NCBI GenBank assembly: GCA_963814585.1 | Contig: CAWFDF010000003.1 | Location: 288,001-352,000, forward strand | Reading direction: 5' to 3' | DNA from: an uncultured delta proteobacterium | GTDB taxonomy: Bacteria > Myxococcota > Myxococcia > Myxococcales > Anaeromyxobacteraceae | DNA: 64,000 nt | Shown here: positions 57,001 through 64,000 of the stretch, piece after piece | Layout: the number at the start of each line of letters is the position of its first letter | How positions within the stretch are numbered: position 1 is the stretch's first letter | Made by a program: the position numbers and the translations under genes | The notes under the pieces: model-generated | Database searches by the model: none | What the model was told of the DNA's origin: nothing | Seen by the model: only the letters and a program-made list of their open reading frames with translations

Positions 57001-60000
57001 CGCTGGCCTGGCGCGCCTTCTCGCTCACCGGCGACTCCTCCGCGCTCGACCTGGCCGCCGAGTGCGATCCCTCCTTCGCCCCGGCCCGCGCCGAGCGCGC
57101 CGCCCGCCGCGCCGCCTCCGACCCGGCCGGCGCCCTCGCCGACGCCGAGGCGGCCCTGGCCGGCGAGGGGCTCGACGCCGCCCGCCGCCCGGAGCTGCTC
57201 GGTCTCGCCGCCGATCTGGCGGAGCGGACCGGCGACCTGGAGCTGGCTCGCCGCCGGCTGGCCGCCGCCTGCCAGACCGGAAACCCCACCGACTCCGAGC
57301 TGGCCCACCTCGCCGGGCTCCACCGCGCCGCCGGCGATCTCGAGCGCCTGGCCGCCACCCTGATCCGCCGGGTCTCCAGCGCCCCCCTGGCCGGGGTGCA
57401 CCGGGTCCACCTCGAGCTGGCGGACCTGCTGGCCAGGCTGGGGCGCGAGCCGGAGGCGGTGGAGAGCTGGCGCGCCGTGCTGCGCGTCGATCCGGTCGCG
57501 CTGGAGCCGATCCGCGCCCTGGCGGCCCCGGCGCGAGCCGCCCTGCTCCACGACGGCGAGCGCGAGCCGCTGCTGAGGACCCTCGCCAACCACGACGGAG
57601 CCGGCGAGGCCGAGCGGGCCGAGGCCTGGGAGGGCGTGGCCGAGATGCGCCGGGCCGCCGGGGACTCCGCCGGCGCCGCCGAGGCGCTCGGCGCGGCGGC
57701 GCGTTGTCGCGGCGACGACGACGAGGGGCTGGAGCGGCGCGCCCAGGCGGCCGTCGCGGCCGGTGACCACCTGCAGGCGGCCCAGCTCCAGCTGCGGCGG
57801 GCGCACCGGGCGCTGGCCGCCGGCGAGGCGGGCGGGGCCGAGCGGCTGGTCGAGGCCGGGCTGGCGCTGGTGGAGGCCGGCCATCCCGCCGACGGCGAGG
57901 CCGCCCTGCGCGAGGCGCTTCGACTGGACCCCGAGCCGGAGGAGGCGCGCGGTGCGCTCACCGCGCTGGTGACCCTGGCGGCGGATCGGGCCGACCAGGC
58001 GGCCGAGGCCGAGGCGCTGGCCGCGCTGGTGCCGCTGGTGCCTGCCGGCGAGCGCTCCGACCGGCTCATCCGGCTGGCCCGGCTCCGCGCCTTCGCCGGG
58101 GACCTCGCCGGCGCGCTGGAGGCCGCCGAGCAGGCGCGCGCGCTGGCGCCGCGGACCCTGGGCGCGGTCCGGCAGGCCCGGCTGGCGGCCGCCGCCGCCG
58201 GGGACGAGCGGACGGTGGCCATCCGCCTCGAGGAGGAGGCGCGGCTCGACGACTCGGAGGCCGGCGCGCTCCTGCTGGAGCGGGCGCGGCTGCTGGCCCG
58301 GCTCGGCGACGTCGAGGCCGCCGACGTCGCCTTCACCGAGGGTCTCCAGCGCCTGCCGCCGGACCAGGGGCTGGCCATCGAGCAGGCTCGCCTGCGGCGG
58401 GCCCACCTGCCCGGGAAGCCGCCCTCCGAGCCCATGGAGCGCTACGCCGGGCGGCTGGAGGACCAGGCCGCCGCGGCCAGGGCCCAGGCCGCCGCCGCGG
58501 CGCTGGCGTGGGAGGCGGGCGACGGCGGGGCCGCGCTCCGCTGTGCCCGGCGCGCCTTCGGCCGGTCTCGCCAGACGCCGGCGCTGGCCGGCCCGCTGCT
58601 GGCCCGGCTGCTCTACGCGCAGGGCTCCTACGCCGAGGCGCTGGTGGTCCACCGGACCCTGCTGGAGCTCGGCTTCCCCGGCTTCGACGAGGGCGAGGTG
58701 ATCACCCTGTGCCGGCAGCTGGCGGAGCTGGCGTCCGAGGCGCAGGACACCGCCCTGGCCCTCCAGGCCTTCGACCGGCTGCTGGCGCTCCGCCCCCAGG
58801 AGCCGGGCGCCGCGCTCGAGCGCTTCCGGCTCGATCCCGATCGGCGGCGCGCCGTGACCGCGCTCGAGGCGGTGGCGGGCCAGGTCCGCTCCCACGCCTC
58901 GCGGATCGAGCTGCTGGCCACCGCCGCCGAGAGCGCCCTGATCGAGCTGCGCGACAGGCGGCTGGGCGAGCGGCTCTTCCGGGAGGCGCGCGCCGAGGCG
59001 GCCCTCACCCCCGGGCTCGCCGTGACGCTGCTGCGGCGGCGGGCCGTGGCGACGCGGCTCGGCGAGCTGGGACCCGAGGCGCTGCTCGGCGCGCTCCACG
59101 ACGCGGCCGAGTCGGCGCTCGCCATGGGGGACGGCGCCACCGCCCGCGGGCTGCTCGAGGAGGCGGTGGCCGAGCAGCGGCAGCGCGGCATGGACGCGGG
59201 GGCCGGGCGCGACCAGCTCGCGCTGGAGAAGCTGGCGCCCGCACCGGAGCCCGTGCCGGTACTGGAGCCCGTGCCCGAGCCGGTGCCGGAGTCGGTGGTG
59301 GAGCCGTCGCCCCATCCCCTTTCCGAGCCCGTGACCGGGCAGGCCTTCGACGCGATGGCCGGGCGGACGACCCTCGAGTTTCCGGCGCTGGGTCGCCCGG
59401 CCGCCGAGATGCCATCGGCCGGGCCCGCGGACGGCGAGCCCGAAGCTGCCCCGACGCCCGACTTCGAGCCCATCGTCGGGCCGAGGACGCTCGAGTTCCA
59501 GGCGCCCCGCCGCCCCATCACCCTCGACCTGCCCGCCCCCGAGCCCCTCCCCGACCTGTCTCCCGGGCCCGGACAGCCCGACGCCGCGCCGACGCCCGGC
59601 CTCGAGCAGGACGTCGGACCGGGCTCTCTCGAGTCCCCGGCGCCCCGCCGCCCCATTACCCTCGACCTGCCCGCCCCCGAGCCCCTCCCCGACCTGTCTC
59701 CCGGGCCCGGACAGCCCGACGCCGCGCCGACGCCCGGCCTCGAGCAGGACGTCGGACCGGGCGCTCTGGAGTCCCCGGCGCCCCGCCGCCCCATCACCCT
59801 CGACCTGCCCGCCCCCGAGCCCCTCCCCGACCTGCTGGCCGGAGAGCCGGCGCCGCCCGACCCGCGGGCCCAGGCCCACGAGCTGGCCCGACAGGCCGAG
59901 GCCGCGGCCGACCCGGCCGCGCGGGCGGCCGCCTGGCTGGCGTCGGCCGACGCCGCGCACCGAGCCGGCGCGGCGCTCGAGGAGGTGCGGCTGGCCATCG

Positions 60001-62085
60001 CGCTGGCCTGCGAGGCCGACCCGGACGCGCCTGCCCCGTGGGCGGCGCTGGCCGACCTGGAGCTGGCGCAGGGCGATCCCCTCGCCGCGGCGCGGGCTCG
60101 CCTGGCGGTCTCGATCCGGACCGAGGGGCCGGCGGCCGCCGACGCGGCGCTGGTCGCGGCCCGGCTCTTCCTCGAGCAGGGGCAGCCCGCCGACACCGCC
60201 CGCGCGCTGCGCGCCGCCACGCTGGGCGACCCGGGCGCCGTGCCGCCCGAGCTGGTGCAGGCGACCGAGGGGCTGGCCGGCGGGCGGCCGGCGGCCGCCG
60301 CGGACCTGCTGGCGCGCCTCGACCCTTCCAGCCTCGGGGCGCTCTCCCGCGCGGTCCACGACCAGCTTCGACTGATGGTCGACTGGAGCGCCGGTGTCGA
60401 CGAGGTCGCGGCGCTCGAGCTGGCACCTCCGCCGCTGCCGGATCTTCTCGCTGGAGCCTGGGTCCGGTGAGGTGGAGGTCGGCAGCGAGTTCGGCGCCGC
60501 GCTGGACGCCGCCTTCGGGAGCTTCCTCGACTCGCCCCCGCCCGAGCTCCCGCCGGAGGCCGCCCACCAGCTCATCGGGCCGCCCCCCGAGCCAGGCGCC
60601 GAGGCCGCCTTCGGGCCGGCGGACCCTGCCCGCGGTCCCGGAGACCTCGCCACCGCCGGGCCGGCCTCCGCCCTCCCGCCCACGGGGCCGGGCCCGTCCA
60701 TCCCCAGCGCCGGATCCCTGGCGCCCGTCGAGCCCGAGTCCCCCCCGGAGCAGGCGGCCCTGGTGGAGGCCGCAGCGCCGCGGCCCCGTGGCGCCGACCC
60801 CGTCCTCGCCCATCTCCGCGCCGAGGCCGACGCCGCCTCCGGCTCCGGGCGAGCCAGCGCCCTCGAGCAGCTGGCCGCCATGCTGGAGCGCCAGGGCGAG
60901 CCGGGCGCCGCCGCCGACGCGCTCATCGAGGCCCTCTCCGCCGACGCCGACCGGGAGCTGACGTGGGGCTGGCTCGACTCGCTGGTGGCCGGCGACCCGG
61001 AGCGCGCGGCCCGGGTGGCGGCGCTCCGCCCACCGCTGGCGCCCCCCCCGGCCCCGGCCGTCCCGCCGACCGAGGTGCTGGCGCGAGCCCTCGCCGCCGC
61101 CCGCCAGGACCCGTCCGACGCCGACGCGCTGCTGCAGGTGGCCGAGCTGGCCGGCCAGCTGCTCGCCACCGCCTCCCCCCTCGACCGCGATCGGCTGGCC
61201 GAGCTGGCCCGCGTGGCCCACTCGATCGCCGCCTTCGTGGCCCCCGGTCGAGCCCGGCCGCCGCAGGCCCCGCCGCTCGCCACCGCGCTCTCCACGGCGG
61301 CCCGCGATCGCGCCGCCCTCGCCGGGACCATCGGCCCGCTCGGCAAGCTGCTGGAGCTGCTCGCCCCGCACCTCGAGCCGCTCTTCCCCGCCGACCTCCA
61401 GCGGCGCGGCGCCAGCGCCGCCGACCGACTGGTCCCACCGCGAGCCCCGGAGGTCCTGGGGCCGCTGGACGACGCCGCCGCCCTGCTCTCCTCCCGACGC
61501 TTCGCCACCTTCCTCGTCGATCGCCCGGGCGCGGCCATCGCCCTCGAGAACACCAGCCCGCCGGCGCTGGTCGTCCCCAGCGGCTTCGCCGCGCTGCCGC
61601 TGGGCGCTCGCCGCTTCCTCGCCGTCCGCGCCCTCGACCAGCTGGAGCGGGGGGGAGCGCTGACCGGGAAGTTCGCCCCGCGCGACGTCGGCATCCTGCT
61701 GGAGCTGGCGTGCCGCTTCGCCGGAGGCCAGCCGCCGCCGCTCGGCCTCCCCGCCGCGCGCGCCGGCGCCTTCCTCTCGGCCATGGCCCGGGGCGTGCCT
61801 CCGGTGGTGGCGGCGCGGGCGGCCTCGCTCGGCCCCCGGGCGGCGGTCGAGCTGGCCGGGATCGACCTCGGTTCCCTGGCCGCCGAGCTGCTGCGGACCA
61901 GCGGCCGGGTGGCGCTGCTGGCCACCGGCGATCCAGCCGCCGCCTTCAGCGCGCTGCTGGCCACCGATCCGCCGGCGCGGCCGCTCGGGGGCGCCGAGGC
62001 CCTCCGCCTCCCCGCCCTGCGGGACCTGGCGACGCTGGCCCTCTCCGAGCCCTTCCTCGCCCTCCGGGCGGCGGTGGTAGGCTGA
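54066..62085 (+). CDS. Giant Ala-rich TPR-like protein (~2670 aa), split by an apparent frameshift near 60455
   Basis: ORFs 54066..60470 and 60394..62085 overlap and share composition; degenerate TPR motifs (ALRLAPDD, ALQLDAAC..A.EGL, VLRVDP). Confidence 0.75.
59501..59834 (+). repeat. Intragenic tandem repeat, 138 bp (46 aa) x ~2.4
   Basis: Units begin at 59501, 59639 and 59777; RRPITLDLPAPEPLPDLSPGPGQPDAAPTPGLEQDVGPG(S/A)LESPAP. Confidence 0.95.
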
Positions 62086-62092
62086 GCGGGCC

Positions 62093-62626
62093 GTGGCTCG
62101 CCCCGCTCCTGCCCTCCTGCTCCTGTCCCTCGTCGCCGCCGGCTGCAGCGAATCGGTGGACACGGTGGCCTGCCCCGGCGTCCCGATCGCCACCTTCCTC
62201 TTCAACGGGACGCGGACGCTGGTGGGCTGCACCGGTGGCGAGCCGCTCACCGGGGCCAACACGCTCTACCCCCCCACGGTCTCCTTCACCGGGACCATCT
62301 CCTCCACGGCCTCGGGCGCCACCGCCGCGCTCTGCGTCGCGCACCCGTGGGCCGAGCCGCTGGTCGGTACGCGGGCGGCCGACCAGCTCGACCTCTCGCT
62401 GGAGACCCGGGGCGCGCTGCTCGGCGACTGCAACAGCCGCTGCGCCGTCACCGTCCGCCAGCAGGTGACCGGATCCCTGCAGCGCGCGGCCGGCGGCGAG
62501 CCCTCCGGCTTCACCGGCACGCTGGTCGACCAGGCCACGCTGGACGCCACGGTCACCGGGGCCGACTGCCAGCCCTGCACCACGCCCTGCCAGGCCACCT
62601 ACGCCATCACCGGTCTCCCGCCGTGA
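62093..62626 (+). CDS. Cys-containing hypothetical lipoprotein
   Basis: Lipobox AAGC; several further Cys; GTGA overlap with queC. Confidence 0.75.
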   Translation: MARPAPALLLLSLVAAGCSESVDTVACPGVPIATFLFNGTRTLVGCTGGEPLTGANTLYPPTVSFTGTISSTASGATAALCVAHPWAEPLVGTRAADQLDLSLETRGALLGDCNSRCAVTVRQQVTGSLQRAAGGEPSGFTGTLVDQATLDATVTGADCQPCTTPCQATYAITGLPP

Positions 62627-63339
62627 CCAGGGCCCGTCCCGTCCGCGCCGTCGTCCTGCTCTCCGGCGGCCTCGACAGCACCACCTGCCTGGCCGCGGCG
62701 CTGGCCGCGGGCCGGGAGGTCCACACCCTCTCGGTCGACTACGGCCAGCGCCACCGCGGCGAGCTGGGCCGGGCCCGGGCGCTGTCCGGCGCGCTCGGCG
62801 CCGCCGGCCACCACGTCGTCAAGGTCGATCTCTCCGGCTTCGGGGGGTCGGCGCTCACCGACGCCACCATCGCGGTGCCGAAGGGACGTGGCGCCAGCGC
62901 CATGGCCAGCGACATCCCGGTCACCTACGTGCCGGCGCGCAACACCGTCATGCTCTCGCTGGCGCTGGCCTACGCCGAGGTGATCGGCGCCGAGGAGATC
63001 CACGTCGGCGTCAACGCCGTGGACTACTCCGGCTACCCCGACTGCCGGCCCGAGTTCCTGGCCGCCTTCGAGCGGCTGGCGCGGGTGGCCACCCGGGCCG
63101 GCGTCGGCGGCCGACCCATGCGGATCGTGGCCCCGCTGCTGCGCCTCTCCAAGGCCGGGATCATCGGGCTCGGCACCCGTCTCGGCGTCCCTTACGGCCG
63201 GACGCAGTCCTGCTACGATCCCGTCCGCGGCCGGGCCTGCGGGCGCTGCGACGCCTGCCAGCTCCGCCGCAAGGGCTTCGACGAGGCGGGCATCCCCGAT
63301 CCGACCCGCTACGCGCGGGCCACCAGGCGGAGGGCGTGA
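62623..63339 (+). CDS. queC: 7-cyano-7-deazaguanine synthase
   Basis: [47 protein letters not shown]. Confidence 0.97.
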   Translation: MTRARPVRAVVLLSGGLDSTTCLAAALAAGREVHTLSVDYGQRHRGELGRARALSGALGAAGHHVVKVDLSGFGGSALTDATIAVPKGRGASAMASDIPVTYVPARNTVMLSLALAYAEVIGAEEIHVGVNAVDYSGYPDCRPEFLAAFERLARVATRAGVGGRPMRIVAPLLRLSKAGIIGLGTRLGVPYGRTQSCYDPVRGRACGRCDACQLRRKGFDEAGIPDPTRYARATRRRA

Positions 63340-63626
63340 TGGCGACCAGGATCATCGAGCAGGCGTACCCGGGCAAGACCGCCGACCAGCTCTGGGTCGA
63401 GGCCGAGAAGATCCTGCGGAGGCTGGGGGAGAAGTACGGCATCGCCTGCCAGTTCGACGCGGCCGGCCGGCGGGTGGTGGTGCCGGAGAAGATGGGGCTG
63501 AAGGGGCTCTGCACCGTGAGCGACGGCAAGATCCGGATCGAGCTGACCCACGGCCTGCTGGGCGGCGCGCTGGTCGGGACCGTGGAGGACTACGTCGAGG
63601 AGAAGCTGGACAAGCTCTTCGTCTGA
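63339..63626 (+). CDS. Small protein resembling the polyhydroxyalkanoic acid system family
   Basis: 95 aa; L.EKYGI, G...V.DGKIRIEL..GLL pattern; coupled to the queC stop. Confidence 0.6.
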   Translation: MATRIIEQAYPGKTADQLWVEAEKILRRLGEKYGIACQFDAAGRRVVVPEKMGLKGLCTVSDGKIRIELTHGLLGGALVGTVEDYVEEKLDKLFV

Positions 63627-63639
63627 GGGGTCCCGCCGC

Positions 63640-63942
63640 TCACTCGTCGAGCGCCACCACGATGGCGCCGGCCCGCTCGTTGAGCCGCTCCACCGCCGCG
63701 CAGATGGCCGCCAGGGGCGAGTCGCCGGTGCCCCGCGCGGTCCGCGTGACCGGGCTGCGCCGCCGGGACCGCGGTCCGGACACGATGCGCGCGCTGGCCT
63801 GGCCGCTCAGCCCGTCGGGCGTGACGTGGATCTCCAGTCCGGCGCGGTAGAGCGCCAGCAGCACCCGCCCGGTCTCGGCGGCGACACGTTCCTCGGCGTA
63901 GGTCATCGAGCTTCCCGTCTGGGTCCGGCCGCGTCGAGCCAT
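63640..63942 (-). CDS. Hypothetical protein
   Basis: GC3-biased ORF, GAGG upstream of ATG 63942, TAGGAT -10-like box near 63985. Confidence 0.65.
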   Translation of the reverse strand: MARRGRTQTGSSMTYAEERVAAETGRVLLALYRAGLEIHVTPDGLSGQASARIVSGPRSRRRSPVTRTARGTGDSPLAAICAAVERLNERAGAIVVALDE

Positions 63943-64000
63943 CCGATCCTCGCTGCGTGCGAAGGCTGCGCAGACCCCTGGCATCCTACTGGCGCCGGCT

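Noticed and set aside
54099..61964. 2621-aa antisense ORF and other long antisense ORFs (e.g. 14230..17541, 50627..54010)
   Set aside because: Shadow ORFs caused by the codon bias of the sense gene; no recognisable motifs

Overview
Very GC-rich chromosomal window from a myxobacterium (Anaeromyxobacter-like, judged from gene content and order). It is mostly core genome: ftsQAZ, alaS, trmB, dusB, a 6-phosphofructokinase, thrH, a MoxR/DUF58/BatA-E cluster, glutamate-cysteine ligase, a large S41 peptidase, a giant TPR-like protein and queC. No rRNA, tRNA, CRISPR array, transposase or integrase was seen. Main points of interest: (1) a divergent tRNA-guanine transglycosylase fused in frame to an MnmC-type SAM methyltransferase, a candidate for an undescribed 7-deazaguanine (methyl-preQ1) modification; (2) the dcw cluster appears interrupted upstream of ftsQ by mosaic palindromic 85-bp repeats, a DHFR-like gene, an HNH nuclease and a multiheme cytochrome/CXXC-less redoxin-TPR operon, with a chimeric junction at 3076-3146 joining two gene 3' ends; (3) a 179-bp symmetric MITE-like palindrome at 45194-45372; (4) small regulatory signals (operator pair over a probable leaderless DUF2239 promoter, an 11-bp-period direct repeat); (5) many frameshifts between 30 and 39.4 kb, most likely sequencing errors. 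All family calls rest on motifs recognised by eye; no database search was run.
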